Virus record (IMG/VR): IMGVR_UViG_3300017725_002980
Source: an uncultured virus (IMG/VR IMGVR_UViG_3300017725_002980)
Taxonomy: Duplodnaviria; Heunggongvirae; Uroviricota; Caudoviricetes
Direction: 5' to 3' (one strand)
Length of the DNA stretch: 64,000 nt
A model generated the notes under the pieces. It made no database searches, had not been told where the DNA came from, and was given only the letters and a program-made list of their open reading frames with translations. This document shows positions 20,001 through 29,984 of this stretch, in pieces. Both the position numbers and the translations under genes were made by a program. The first letter of the stretch is position 1; each line of letters opens with the position of its first letter.

Positions 20001-20542
20001 AATCTGCAGCTAAAGCACTTTTAAAATTTGGCAAATTTTTAGAAGCAAACTATCCTGAAAAAACATATACTATTACTTCTGCTTATAGAAGTTATGCTCA
20101 CCAAGAAGGTATGCAACCAACAGACCCTTCTTCAGAAACTATTACTGCTAAGGCAGGAGGTAGTGCTCATGGTTGGGGTGGTGCTATAGACATAAGGCAA
20201 TTAGCTACAAAGAACGGAAATAATAATACTAGTAATCCTACAGCAAACCAAACTACAAGAATAACCTCAGAAGATTATGCTATTTGGGAGGAACATGCCC
20301 CTAAATTTGGTTGGTATAACCCTCTTAGATTAAGAGATGGTGTTGGTCAAGATGAATCCTGGCACTGGGAATTTTGGGGTAAACCTGGAAAAACACTTAG
20401 ACAAAACTCTATAACAGAGGTTAGGTTTAATTATAGTACTATAAAGGTCCCTACCCTAAATGAAAATGCTACTCTTGCTTTAGGTCAACCTAATAAAAAA
20501 ATAGATGAAAAAACAGGTAAAGTAGTTTTTGTAACCGAATAA
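17060..20542 (+). CDS. Baseplate hub-like protein with C-terminal M15B (VanY-like) peptidase domain
   Basis: N-terminal YLRLGYTMLLEWG, YDGFLGKVTNFSW; C-terminal ITSAYRS, SAHGWGGAID (SxHxxGxAxD) and ESWHWEF (ExxH). Confidence 0.75.
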   Translation: MDSNIIGKPHLEYVQDQIKLRQEILGKKSRTSSDIAWMNGRTSWVKLTSGVDISDQNIAVYNTGSSEWETVSNDGAEFRSKLLEIPEYSGNELSSQMVLQGGVLNEDGSQKFGVSETNSLLPDNTSNYGFGKFGAQAMPGITSFTSETTNKGSLRFANLQIRANSTKQFEYIESLYLRLGYTMLLEWGNSSYPTIDTETSSTVYEKSNFSLSSKFLNNPPQNSQGTQFFYTEIEKNRKSSQGNYDGFLGKVTNFSWEFTKEGYYLISLKLITIGSVVESLKVNIVQDSGLFTRNQNSSQKKDQKENVLLNLINQLVDPLRENLDTNPTSFSPFIINNIAGALPANMLFSYFFAETETTYSFKSTKSEQIVLKYFKDAGEDSITDPQIEKASTTIDACAALFGSTHFVKYLRFGSLLSLLNQQFLLYGTDEEGEPVLFKLDTSTNQYGFSNNKSISSDPSKLIVRYQGDYLGTEIEIFNDDPNTIEQFHDIVEKVDVCNIMNLYFSQEFIESVINSSLDSETGSLNLYKFIKSLLNEANILLGGVNKFNFRLVDKNFGTYEDPKLIQVVEFYDEVSPFEVENLRQAQEEEPSLVVYGFGEETNGNKDGSFVTDYQFKTEITNKLGNMISVGAQANGQAVGEDATLFSKWNIGLVDRILPQKLDVDQKVKKSDEVTTGYLRLISSYRDYFNSFKNSSDFAVNTEEDNNVLVGFSFVDFVENAIGYGFPNCNITPLNSTSTSLSGFIETQKSFFQKYYALEAIGKKVPTPFIGFVPVGFNLTLDGLSGIRIFDRLKIDSRFLPANYGDTLDFIITKLDHSIVNNKWHTKIGTMSVPKLFDKLELDLETILNSLPPVTTGFDSLIGSYSYRYSALATLLRRTLTYAQDKQKIFSTNGNLNQPDFLRTQGNDATGRSFQRSPLVSIANVTGLPNGSIQKQPTFALQEFAKSGTSFNILPTSKTSAFDFKIQETNKTYYEGNYYLAESAAKALLKFGKFLEANYPEKTYTITSAYRSYAHQEGMQPTDPSSETITAKAGGSAHGWGGAIDIRQLATKNGNNNTSNPTANQTTRITSEDYAIWEEHAPKFGWYNPLRLRDGVGQDESWHWEFWGKPGKTLRQNSITEVRFNYSTIKVPTLNENATLALGQPNKKIDEKTGKVVFVTE

Positions 20543-20552
20543 TAAATGTAAA

Positions 20553-21134
20553 ATGGTCTACTACCCAAAATCTCATATAACCCCTAATTTATATTCTAAT
20601 GGTGAATTAGCATATGAGAATACTCTAGCCCCATATACAGGACAATACTTTAGTACTTTTGATGGTAAATTCTTTACAGGTAATTATCCTGGAGATGGGG
20701 AAAATCTACAACTAATAAGCTTAAACCAAACTCCCACATATCCTTCTGAAGAAGAATTTGAGGATAATAACCCTGAAGATCCAAGGTTTTTCCCTGGAAA
20801 TCAAGATTATAGTATTTTAAAAAAGGTTCAATATAATCAAGGTATTGCAAGTCAACCTATAACATTTTATCCTTCACCAACTAATGAAGATTACGAAACT
20901 GGAGAATTTACACGTCATTTTGCTAAAAAATCAAATGAAGAAGCTTATTATGAAACTAATGCTCCTTTTAAAAATACCTTATATATTGGTTTTTCTTTAC
21001 CTTGGAAACTAACAGGAGATAAAGATAAAGTATTTGAAGTTAATAAAAATATAATAGAATTAAAACAACAACAATTTAAAGCATTTGGGCTTGGAGCCTA
21101 TTTAAAATTTAATTATATTCAATACTATAAATAA
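20553..21134 (+). CDS. Hypothetical virion-module protein
   Basis: 193-aa ORF at end of baseplate operon. Confidence 0.6.
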   Translation: MVYYPKSHITPNLYSNGELAYENTLAPYTGQYFSTFDGKFFTGNYPGDGENLQLISLNQTPTYPSEEEFEDNNPEDPRFFPGNQDYSILKKVQYNQGIASQPITFYPSPTNEDYETGEFTRHFAKKSNEEAYYETNAPFKNTLYIGFSLPWKLTGDKDKVFEVNKNIIELKQQQFKAFGLGAYLKFNYIQYYK

Positions 21135-21145
21135 GATGGTATTAA

Positions 21146-22405
21146 GTGTTTTGGTTAATAGAAAATAAAGAACAATTCGAGGTTTTAAAAAATAGTGGTT
21201 TTAAAGAAGCGTTTATAGAGGTTATTTCAAATAACCCTTATCAACACCCATCACAAAACTCAATTATAGCCTTTTATATACGTCCAATTAAAGGACATAA
21301 GGGTTATATTTTACCTGTTTCTCATCCTGAATGTGAAAACTTATTTGAAGATGAGGTTTATTTATATTTAAAAGGGTTAGAAAAAATATATGTTAGGGAT
21401 AAAAAAGAATTCCTTCACTATACAATTTTAAATCCTCTTATAGATATAACATTAGGATCTCCTCCGTATATACTTCCACTAACAACCGCTCATACCACAT
21501 TATATAGAAGATTTCCGGATTTATTAACGGTAAACCAAATCGTGCCAATTACCAAGCATTATGAAGTTTGTGAGCAAATATATGATGATTTAGAGCACCG
21601 CATTAATACCGTGGTAAACCCGTTTTATAATGACCGAGCTACGTTAGTATTTAATGCAATAGAACGTAATGGAATAAAAATAAATAAAAATGAATTTGAA
21701 AAACACTTCCACGAAACAGAAGACGAATTTATCTACACACAATACAACTTTAAAACACTTACAACCAGACCTTCAAACAAATTTAACGGCGTTAACTACG
21801 CTGCTCTCCCCAAAGATAATGGGTGTAGGAAAAGTTTTATACCGCGTAATGATGTCTTTTTTGAATTTGATATTTCTGCTTATCACCCTACCCTTAGTGC
21901 TAAGCTTGTGGATTATGATTTTGGTAAAGGAGATATACACGAAAATTTTGCTAAGATGTATAATGTGGATTATGCAAAAGCAAAAGAATTAACATTTAAA
22001 CAATTATACGGAGGAGTTTTTGATAATTATAAAGATTTACCGTTTTTTAAAGCTACAAGTGAGTATATACGTACGACCTGGGAAACTTTCCAAGCAGAAG
22101 GTGTTATAACATGTCCAATCTCTAATTACGAATACAAACGTGATATATTAGAGAATATGAATCCACAAAAATTATTTAACTATATTTTACAAAATATGGA
22201 AACGAGCTTGAATATCGAAATATTATATCGTATATTTAAGCTATTAAAAGGTAAGAAAACTAAATTAGTTCTTTACACATATGATTCATTTCTACTTGAT
22301 GTAGATAAAAGTGAATTAGATATATTAAAGCAAATTAAAGAGGTTTTTTATAAATTAAAACTACAAATAAAAGAAAAAAATGGTATCAACTACGATTTTG
22401 CCTAA
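21146..22405 (+). CDS. Compact family A DNA polymerase-like protein
   Basis: TTRPSN, CRKSFIP, motif A FDISAYHP, motif B AKELTFKQLYG, NYILQ, motif C YTYDSFLLD; GTG start. Confidence 0.75.
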   Translation: MFWLIENKEQFEVLKNSGFKEAFIEVISNNPYQHPSQNSIIAFYIRPIKGHKGYILPVSHPECENLFEDEVYLYLKGLEKIYVRDKKEFLHYTILNPLIDITLGSPPYILPLTTAHTTLYRRFPDLLTVNQIVPITKHYEVCEQIYDDLEHRINTVVNPFYNDRATLVFNAIERNGIKINKNEFEKHFHETEDEFIYTQYNFKTLTTRPSNKFNGVNYAALPKDNGCRKSFIPRNDVFFEFDISAYHPTLSAKLVDYDFGKGDIHENFAKMYNVDYAKAKELTFKQLYGGVFDNYKDLPFFKATSEYIRTTWETFQAEGVITCPISNYEYKRDILENMNPQKLFNYILQNMETSLNIEILYRIFKLLKGKKTKLVLYTYDSFLLDVDKSELDILKQIKEVFYKLKLQIKEKNGINYDFA

Positions 22406-22844
22406 ATACGACTATATTTATGGGACAGATATACATTCATCCCCAAATAATATAGATTTGAATAATAAGTTATTTTGCACATTTACTAGTCTTGAAAACC
22501 TTGATGGGTTAGTAAATAATTTGCAATCTCAATATACGATCATGTACAACAAAATGTTTGTACTGCATATAAAAAGTAATAACGAATATGTTGTTACTTA
22601 CAATGTTGATCAGGGTAATGTATCTTCCATTCCAGATAACACAATTTTAGTTCATCGTAAAAAAGATAGTAATACTCTTTATACTATTAATGCTTTAAAC
22701 GAGTTAATTAAACGTTTAAATGGTGGTGTAGTAGACTCTCGTTTTAGAATAGACTGGCAACACTATCGTAATACAATTCTATTAACTCAACAAAATGAGC
22801 TTAAAGAACTAAAAACAAAAATTCACACAATTATTGAACTTTAA
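22380..22844 (+). CDS. Hypothetical protein (start may be TTG at 22458)
   Basis: ORF between PolA-like gene and SSB; NKLFCTF, LVHRKK-SNTLYTINALN. Confidence 0.65.
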   Translation: MVSTTILPKYDYIYGTDIHSSPNNIDLNNKLFCTFTSLENLDGLVNNLQSQYTIMYNKMFVLHIKSNNEYVVTYNVDQGNVSSIPDNTILVHRKKDSNTLYTINALNELIKRLNGGVVDSRFRIDWQHYRNTILLTQQNELKELKTKIHTIIEL

Positions 22845-22876
22845 TTTGGATTTATCCAAAACGTTTCGTATATTTA
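22845..22876 (+). promoter_or_regulatory. TTTGG-N17-CGTATATT promoter
   Basis: Same bipartite motif and spacing as at 35425, 35667, 35813, 61450; resembles Bacteroidota TTTG(-33)/TAnnTTTG(-7) promoter. Confidence 0.7.
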
Positions 22877-22902
22877 GTTATTAATTAAAATAAGTTATAA
22901 AC

Positions 22903-23733
22903 ATGGATTTAGACGTAATCAAGCAGCGACTAGAGGCGCTGGAAAAACCTGCCTCTAACAATAACAATGGTAAATCATTGTTTTGGAAACCGTCAGTAGG
23001 TAAACAAACTATTCGTATTGTTCCTTCTAAGTTTAACAAATCAACTCCATTTAGTGAATTATATTTCCATTATGGTATTGGGAAACCAGTAATGATTTCT
23101 CCAATTAATTTTGAGGAAAAAGATCCACTAGTAGAGTTTTCCAAAAAACTCCGTCAAACAGACCAACCTGAGAACTGGAAATTAGCTAAAAAACTCGAAC
23201 CAAAAGTTCGTTATTTTGCTCCTGTTATCGTTCGTGGTATGGAAGATGAAGGTGTTAAAATTTGGCAATTTGGTAAAGAATTATATTCTTCATTCTTACA
23301 AATGGCAGTAGATGAGGAAGTAGGTGATTTTACTGATGTGGCTTCAGGACGTGATATTAAGTTAACTACTGTAGGACCAGAAGTTACAGGTACTAAGTAC
23401 AATAAAACTACTGCTACTCCATCAATGAAGCAAACCTCACTAGATGATGATGCTTCTAAAGTAGAATCTTTCTTAACTAACCAAGTAGACCCACAAGGAG
23501 TATTTAAAAAAGTTCCTTATGAGGAAATGAAAACCAATCTTGAAAGTTGGTTATCTCCAGAAGATAATCACCAAGAAGGTGATATTATTGATGATGAAAA
23601 GGAAGTAGAAACTCCACAAACTAATTATTCGCTTAATACCTCTACAAATAATGTTAAACAAACTAAATTAGATAAGTTTGATAGTTTATTTGATGATGAT
23701 AGCAGTAGTAAAGTAGATGATCTACCCTTTTAA
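22903..23733 (+). CDS. Single-stranded DNA-binding protein (T4 gp32-like)
   Basis: FWKP, IRIVP, VKIWQFGK, GRDIKL; acidic tail ending DDLPF. Confidence 0.8.
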   Translation: MDLDVIKQRLEALEKPASNNNNGKSLFWKPSVGKQTIRIVPSKFNKSTPFSELYFHYGIGKPVMISPINFEEKDPLVEFSKKLRQTDQPENWKLAKKLEPKVRYFAPVIVRGMEDEGVKIWQFGKELYSSFLQMAVDEEVGDFTDVASGRDIKLTTVGPEVTGTKYNKTTATPSMKQTSLDDDASKVESFLTNQVDPQGVFKKVPYEEMKTNLESWLSPEDNHQEGDIIDDEKEVETPQTNYSLNTSTNNVKQTKLDKFDSLFDDDSSSKVDDLPF

Positions 23734-23735
23734 TT

Positions 23736-24818
23736 ATGGCTAGAAAAGCAAGTAAATCACTAACAGCAGCTGTGTCTGCTGAGATTAAAAGTAAATTTGA
23801 TCTAGGTAATTTCAAAGATAAGAAAGGTCTTAGTGGGAACGTTAAGTTTAAACCCCAACAGTGGGTCCCACTAAGCAACGCCTTCCAAGAAGTTACTTCA
23901 GTACCTGGAATACCTACTGGACACATCTGTCTACTAAGAGGTCATTCAGATACAGGTAAAACAACAGCACTTATTGAAGCCGCTGTATCAGCTCAAAAAA
24001 CAGGTATCCTCCCAGTATTCATTATTACTGAAATGAAGTGGAATTGGGAACATGCTATGCAAATGGGTTTAGATATTGAAGAAGTATTTGACGAAGAAAC
24101 TGGTGAATTAATAGATTATCAAGGTAATTTTATCTATGCTGATCGTGAAACTATTCATACAATTGAAGATGTTGCTGCTTTTATTCTTGATCTACTAGAT
24201 GAGCAGAAAAAAGGTAATCTACCTTTTGATCTAATGTTCCTCTGGGATTCTATTGGTTCAGTACCTTGTGAGTTATCAGTACGTTCTAATAAGAATAATA
24301 ACGAATGGAATGCGGGTGCTATGTCAACCCAATTTGGTAATAGTGTTAACCAAAGAATTACATTATCACGTAAGGAAAGTTCAGCATATACTAATACATT
24401 AGTTTGTATTAATAAAGTATGGACAGCAAAACCTGAATCACCTATGGGTAAACCAAAGTTGATGAATAAAGGTGGGTTTGCTATGTGGTTTGACGCTACA
24501 TTTGTAGTAACATTTGGTAATATTGCTAATGCTGGAACATCTAAGATTAAAGCAATTAAAGATAAAAAGCAAGTTGAATTTGCTAAACGTACTAATCTTC
24601 AAATTGATAAAAACCATATTAATGGTCTTACTACTAGAGGTAAAATTATTATGACCCCACATGGTTTTATTAATGACTCAGATAAGGATCTTAAGAAATA
24701 TAAAGATGACCATACTAAAGAATGGAGTAAAATCCTAGGTGGAGGTGATTTTGATATTATTGAGGAAGTTTATGAAGAACCTACACCACAGGTATTCACA
24801 GAACAAGAACCAAGTTAA
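23736..24818 (+). CDS. RecA/UvsX-like recombinase
   Basis: GIPTGHI-LLRGHSDTGKTT Walker A, WDSIGS Walker B, KNHI. Confidence 0.85.
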   Translation: MARKASKSLTAAVSAEIKSKFDLGNFKDKKGLSGNVKFKPQQWVPLSNAFQEVTSVPGIPTGHICLLRGHSDTGKTTALIEAAVSAQKTGILPVFIITEMKWNWEHAMQMGLDIEEVFDEETGELIDYQGNFIYADRETIHTIEDVAAFILDLLDEQKKGNLPFDLMFLWDSIGSVPCELSVRSNKNNNEWNAGAMSTQFGNSVNQRITLSRKESSAYTNTLVCINKVWTAKPESPMGKPKLMNKGGFAMWFDATFVVTFGNIANAGTSKIKAIKDKKQVEFAKRTNLQIDKNHINGLTTRGKIIMTPHGFINDSDKDLKKYKDDHTKEWSKILGGGDFDIIEEVYEEPTPQVFTEQEPS

Positions 24819-24821
24819 ATT

Positions 24822-25871
24822 ATGGCAAATAAGGATTTATTAGAGCTCCTCAATAACATGGATAAGGAGCCGGAGACACCCTCCTCACCACATGAAAGAG
24901 TTTTATTTATTGACGGTCTAAATCTATTTTTTAGAAACTTCGCAATGCTTAATATTGTAAATGAGCATGGTGTTCATGTAGGTGGACTAGGCGGATTTGT
25001 TCGATCATTGGGGACTCTAATAAATGCCATTCAACCCACATCTATGTATATTATATTTGATGGAGAAAATTCATCAATGAATCGTAAAAATGTTCTTTCA
25101 GAATACAAGGCAGGCCGTCATCAGTCTCGTATTACAAACTGGGAGATATTTGAAAATGTGGGGGATGAACATGATGCTAAACTAGATCAAATTGTAAGAT
25201 TAATCGATTATTTAAAGTGTCTCCCTGTAAAAACCATAGCGCTCGATAAAGTAGAGGCCGATGATATTATCGCACATTTAGCAACAACTATCACCAATAA
25301 TAATAACAACTCCCGTGCGTTTATTGTTTCAAGTGATAAAGATTTTATTCAATTAACAAGTAATAAAATTTGTGTGTACCGTCCTATTGAAAAAGATTTT
25401 TATACCCCTGAAACTGTAGTAAATAAATTTAATGTTTTACCTGAGAATTTTATTTTATATAAAGTACTTATGGGTGATGCTTCAGATAAGGTTCCTGGTA
25501 TAAAAGGTTTAGGAGAGAAAAAGTTACGTAAATTATTCCCTGAATTAAATGAACGTAAATTAACTTTAGATGATATTATTGAAATAGCCGGAGAAAAGCA
25601 TAAGGAACATCTTATATATTCTCGTATTGTATTTGAAGAAGATAACCTTCGTAAAAATTACAAAATCATGGATTTACATAATCCGATGGTAGATGAATTA
25701 GAAAAAACGTATTTAGAAGAACAAATAGATGTTAATCCACCCGTGCTAAATGCAAAAGCCTTTCTTAGATTTTACCAAGAAGATGGGTTACGCCATTTAA
25801 TTAAAAATCCTGAATTTTGGGTAAATAACCAGTTTCAAACATTAAATAGTTTTATAGATGACTCTAAGTGA
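24822..25871 (+). CDS. 5'-3' exonuclease / flap endonuclease (T4 RNase H, PolI N-domain family)
   Basis: IDGLN, YKAGR, EADDII, SSDKDF, GDASDKVPGIKGLG. Confidence 0.9.
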   Translation: MANKDLLELLNNMDKEPETPSSPHERVLFIDGLNLFFRNFAMLNIVNEHGVHVGGLGGFVRSLGTLINAIQPTSMYIIFDGENSSMNRKNVLSEYKAGRHQSRITNWEIFENVGDEHDAKLDQIVRLIDYLKCLPVKTIALDKVEADDIIAHLATTITNNNNNSRAFIVSSDKDFIQLTSNKICVYRPIEKDFYTPETVVNKFNVLPENFILYKVLMGDASDKVPGIKGLGEKKLRKLFPELNERKLTLDDIIEIAGEKHKEHLIYSRIVFEEDNLRKNYKIMDLHNPMVDELEKTYLEEQIDVNPPVLNAKAFLRFYQEDGLRHLIKNPEFWVNNQFQTLNSFIDDSK

Positions 25872-27225
25872 TTTAAATAAGTATGGTTCAGCATTTCAAA
25901 TTAAGGTTATTCATTCCTTACTTAGTCGTAAAGAGTTTTTAACTAATATTCATGATATACTAGATTCATCTTATTTTGATAACCAAGCTCATAAATGGAT
26001 AATTGATAATATTCTTAAATATTATAATGATTATCATACAACACCTACACCTGAGGTACTAAAATCTGAATATGAAAAAGTTACTAATGATGTTTTAAAA
26101 GTATCTATTAGAGAACAGCTTAGAGATGCATATAAAATAGGAGCTACAGATTCAGAATATATTGAATCTGAATTTTCAGCATTTTGTAAAAACCAACAAC
26201 TTAAAAAAGCACTATTAGGCAGTGTTGATTTACTTAAAGCGGAAGATTATGACTCAATTAGAGGATTAATTGATAATGCTCTTAAAGCAGGTATGGATAA
26301 AAATATTGGACATGAGTACATGAAAGATATTGAATCACGTTTTAGAGTAGAACAAAGAATTACTATACCAACTCCTTGGCCTCAATTTAATGATATTTTA
26401 CAAGGTGGTTTAGGTAATGGTGATTTTGGTTTGATATTTGGTGGTCCTGGTGCTGGTAAATCTTGGTCATTAGTTGCTATAGCAGGTGGTGCTGTTAAAA
26501 AAGGATTTAATGTAGTATATTATACATTAGAGTTAGGTGAAGAATATGTAGGTAGGAGATTTGATGCTCATTTTACAGGTATTCCTTCTAATGAAATTGC
26601 AATGCATAAAGATAAAGTTGTAGATATAATGTCTAAGTTACCTGGTAAACTTATTATTAAAGAATTCCCCCCAAATAAGGCATCTATGTCAACAATTGAG
26701 TCACACATCCAGAAATGTGAAGATTTAGGTACTAAGATAGATTTAGTAGTTATTGATTATGTTGACCTTCTTCGATCAAAGAAAATAAGTAAGGAGCGGA
26801 AGGAAGAAATTGATGATATTTATATAAGCACGAAAGGATTAGCCCGCGAGCTTAATATCCCAATTTGGTCAGCTTCTCAAGTTAACAGACAAGGAGCTTT
26901 AGATGAAGTAATTGAAGGACATAAAGCAGCGGGCTCTTATGACAAAATGATGATAACAGATTTTGCTGCTTCTATTAGTCGTCGTGCAAAAGATAAACAA
27001 ACCGGAGTTGGTAAACTCCATATAATGAAGAATAGATACGGAATGGATGGACTTACTTATAACGCTGCTATTAATATTGCTATTGGTGATTATAGAATCA
27101 TTAGTGATGCAGAGTTTGAAGAATTATCTGGTTCCCCTGAATTAAATTCAAATGAAAGTTCTACTATAAAAGATAATTTCAGTTTATCTGAAAAAGATCA
27201 GTTACGTAATTTTCTCAATTCATAA
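25858..27225 (+). CDS. Replicative DnaB-like helicase (T4 gp41-like)
   Basis: GGPGAGKS, YYTLEL, VIDYVDLL, ASQVNR, KNRYG. Confidence 0.9.
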   Translation: MTLSDLNKYGSAFQIKVIHSLLSRKEFLTNIHDILDSSYFDNQAHKWIIDNILKYYNDYHTTPTPEVLKSEYEKVTNDVLKVSIREQLRDAYKIGATDSEYIESEFSAFCKNQQLKKALLGSVDLLKAEDYDSIRGLIDNALKAGMDKNIGHEYMKDIESRFRVEQRITIPTPWPQFNDILQGGLGNGDFGLIFGGPGAGKSWSLVAIAGGAVKKGFNVVYYTLELGEEYVGRRFDAHFTGIPSNEIAMHKDKVVDIMSKLPGKLIIKEFPPNKASMSTIESHIQKCEDLGTKIDLVVIDYVDLLRSKKISKERKEEIDDIYISTKGLARELNIPIWSASQVNRQGALDEVIEGHKAAGSYDKMMITDFAASISRRAKDKQTGVGKLHIMKNRYGMDGLTYNAAINIAIGDYRIISDAEFEELSGSPELNSNESSTIKDNFSLSEKDQLRNFLNS

Positions 27226-27246
27226 CTTTTTAATTAACAAATTACA

Positions 27247-28230
27247 ATGGCAAAAAAAGATCTTTTGCAAGAACGCATCGTTTACAAACCTTTTGAATAT
27301 CAAAAAGCAGCCGATTATTGGTTAAAACAACAACAAGCCCACTGGTTACATACAGAAGTTCCCATGATGAGTGATATTACAGATTGGAGCTCAAATTTAA
27401 ATGAAACAGAAAAAAACATTATAGGATCTATCCTTAAGGGTTTTGCTCAAACAGAAACAGTTGTAAATGATTATTGGTCAGGATTAGTAACTAAATGGTT
27501 TAGAAAACCAGAGGTTATAATGATGGCTACAACCTTCGGTGCGTTTGAAACAATACATGCTGAAGCATATTCACTATTAAATGAAACACTTGGACTTGAA
27601 AACTTCGATGAATTTTTGGAAGATGAGGCTACGATGGCTAAAATTGAAAATCTTACTACTGTTAGGGATAGTTTTAATGGTAAAAAAGATCTCCACGAAA
27701 TTGCTAAATCACTCGCTGTATTCTCAGCATTTACCGAAGGAGTTAACTTATTCTCTTCCTTTGCCATACTCTTATCTTTTAAGATGCGAAATAAGCTTAA
27801 AGGAGTGGGTCAAATTGTTGAATGGTCTATTAGAGACGAATCCCTTCACTCAGAAGCCGGATGCTGGTTATTCAGAACACTTATTAATGAAAACCCAGAA
27901 ATCAAAACCCCAGAACTACAAGCAGCTATAAATGAAGCAGCTTTATTATCTTTACAACTTGAATTAGATTTTATAAATAAGGTTTATGAATTAGGTGATT
28001 TAGAGGGTTGTCCAAAACAAGATTTAATAAACTTTATTAAAAATAGAGTTAATGTAAAATTAGGTGATTTAGGATATGATCCTATTATTGAAGGTGTTGA
28101 TTTAACAGCCGTAGAAAGAATGAGTTGGTTCGGTGCTCTTTCTGGAGGTAAACAACATACTGACTTTTTTGCAAACCGAGTAACTAATTACTCAAAAGGC
28201 CACATGGAGTGGGATGAAAGTATATTTTAA
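27247..28230 (+). CDS. nrdB: Ribonucleotide reductase class I beta subunit
   Basis: ETIHAEAY, EGVNLFSSF, RDESLH, DFFANRVTNYSK. Confidence 0.95.
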   Translation: MAKKDLLQERIVYKPFEYQKAADYWLKQQQAHWLHTEVPMMSDITDWSSNLNETEKNIIGSILKGFAQTETVVNDYWSGLVTKWFRKPEVIMMATTFGAFETIHAEAYSLLNETLGLENFDEFLEDEATMAKIENLTTVRDSFNGKKDLHEIAKSLAVFSAFTEGVNLFSSFAILLSFKMRNKLKGVGQIVEWSIRDESLHSEAGCWLFRTLINENPEIKTPELQAAINEAALLSLQLELDFINKVYELGDLEGCPKQDLINFIKNRVNVKLGDLGYDPIIEGVDLTAVERMSWFGALSGGKQHTDFFANRVTNYSKGHMEWDESIF

Positions 28231-28236
28231 TTAATT

Positions 28237-29949
28237 ATGGATAACAATATAATAGCCGATTACTCCCAATGGGAAAGAGGTAAAGACTACCCTGAATTTT
28301 TTGATGATGTAGCTTTATCTACAATATCAAAAGGGTATTTAATGCCTGGGGAAACTCCTCGTAAAGCGTATAGGCGCGTAGCTAATGCAGTAGCAGAAAG
28401 ATTAAATCGCCCTGATTTAGCTAGTAAATTTTTTAAATATATTTGGAATGGATGGATTGGTCTCGCTAGCCCTGTTCTCAGCAATACCGGTACTGATCGG
28501 GGTTTGCCTATTAGTTGTTTTGGTGTTGATACTCCGGATTCGATACGTGGTATTGGTCTCACTAACGCAGAACTTATGCGACTTACTTCCTATGGGGGAG
28601 GCGTGGGAATATCCCTTAGTAGAATTAGAGGAAGAGGAGAAGGTATAACAGGAAATGGAGTCTCAGAAGGAATTGTCCCTTGGGCTAAAATTTATGATTC
28701 AACTATTATTGCAACTAATCAAGGTTCAGTAAGACGTGGAGCTTCTTCTGTAAATTTAGATATTAATCATAAAGATATTAAAGAATTCTTACAGATTCGC
28801 AGACCTAAAGGTGATCCTAACAGACAATGTTTAAACTTACATCAAGCTGTAATGGTGGATGATGCGTTTATGAAGCGCTTACAGGATCGAGACAGCGAGG
28901 CTATGTCGTTGTGGTTAGAAATACTTAAATCACGTGTAGAAACGGGTGAACCATACATAATGTTTAAGGATAATGTTAATAAAGATAATCCTTTAGCATA
29001 CCGCATGAATAATTTAGATGTTTCTATGACTAATATTTGTACTGAGATTACACTCCATACAGATGAGGAACATAGCTTTATTTGTTGTTTATCTTCTCTT
29101 AATTTAGCTAAATATGATGAATGGAAAAACACAGATGTAGTTGAAGTTGCTACTTACTTCTTAGATGGTGTAATGGAAGAATTCATCCAAAAAACTAATG
29201 GTAAAGATTCTATGGTTCGTACCCATAGAAGTGCTAAAAAAGGTAGAGCATTAGGTTTAGGAGTAATGGGGTGGCATACTTTTTTACAACAAAAGAATTT
29301 ACCTTTTAACTCAATTGGAGCCACAGCTTGGACTCATACTATTTTTAGTGATATTAAAACTAAAGCTGAGGCTGCTTCCCGTCAAATGGCCTTAGAATAT
29401 GGAGAACCTGTTTGGTGTAGAGGTACAGGTATGAGAAATACTCATTTATTAGCTATTGCCCCTACAGTATCTAATTCTCGAATCAACAGTTGTTCAGCAG
29501 GTATTGAACCTCAACCTGCAAACATTTATGTATTTAATGGTGCTAAAGGAACTTTTATAGTTAAAAACCCTGAATTAGAAAAATTACTAAAGGAAAAAAA
29601 ACATAATACAACTCGTGTTTGGGATCAAATTATGGGTGATAATGGTTCTGTAATGGGTTTATCTAATGATATCCTTACCGAAGATGAAAAGGAAATCTTT
29701 ATGACATTCCCAGAAATCAACCAATTTTCTCTAGTTCAACAAGCAGCAACTCGTCAAAAATACATTGATCAAACACAATCATTAAATTTAGCGTTTGACC
29801 CAACAGATTCCCCTAAATGGATTAACCAAGTCCATATGGAAGCTTGGAAATTAGGTGTTAAAACTCTATATTATCTTCGTACAGATTCAGTTATTAAAGG
29901 TGATTTAGGTTCTCGTACTACAGAAGATTGTTTAAGCTGTGATGGGTAG
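28237..29949 (+). CDS. nrdA: Ribonucleotide reductase class I alpha subunit (short, no ATP cone)
   Basis: PISCF, TNICTEI, CCLSSLNL, AIAPT, KTLYYLR, C-terminal CLSCDG. Confidence 0.95.
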   Translation: MDNNIIADYSQWERGKDYPEFFDDVALSTISKGYLMPGETPRKAYRRVANAVAERLNRPDLASKFFKYIWNGWIGLASPVLSNTGTDRGLPISCFGVDTPDSIRGIGLTNAELMRLTSYGGGVGISLSRIRGRGEGITGNGVSEGIVPWAKIYDSTIIATNQGSVRRGASSVNLDINHKDIKEFLQIRRPKGDPNRQCLNLHQAVMVDDAFMKRLQDRDSEAMSLWLEILKSRVETGEPYIMFKDNVNKDNPLAYRMNNLDVSMTNICTEITLHTDEEHSFICCLSSLNLAKYDEWKNTDVVEVATYFLDGVMEEFIQKTNGKDSMVRTHRSAKKGRALGLGVMGWHTFLQQKNLPFNSIGATAWTHTIFSDIKTKAEAASRQMALEYGEPVWCRGTGMRNTHLLAIAPTVSNSRINSCSAGIEPQPANIYVFNGAKGTFIVKNPELEKLLKEKKHNTTRVWDQIMGDNGSVMGLSNDILTEDEKEIFMTFPEINQFSLVQQAATRQKYIDQTQSLNLAFDPTDSPKWINQVHMEAWKLGVKTLYYLRTDSVIKGDLGSRTTEDCLSCDG

Positions 29950-29984
29950 TAATATTTATTAATGTAATTTTAAAATAATTAATT

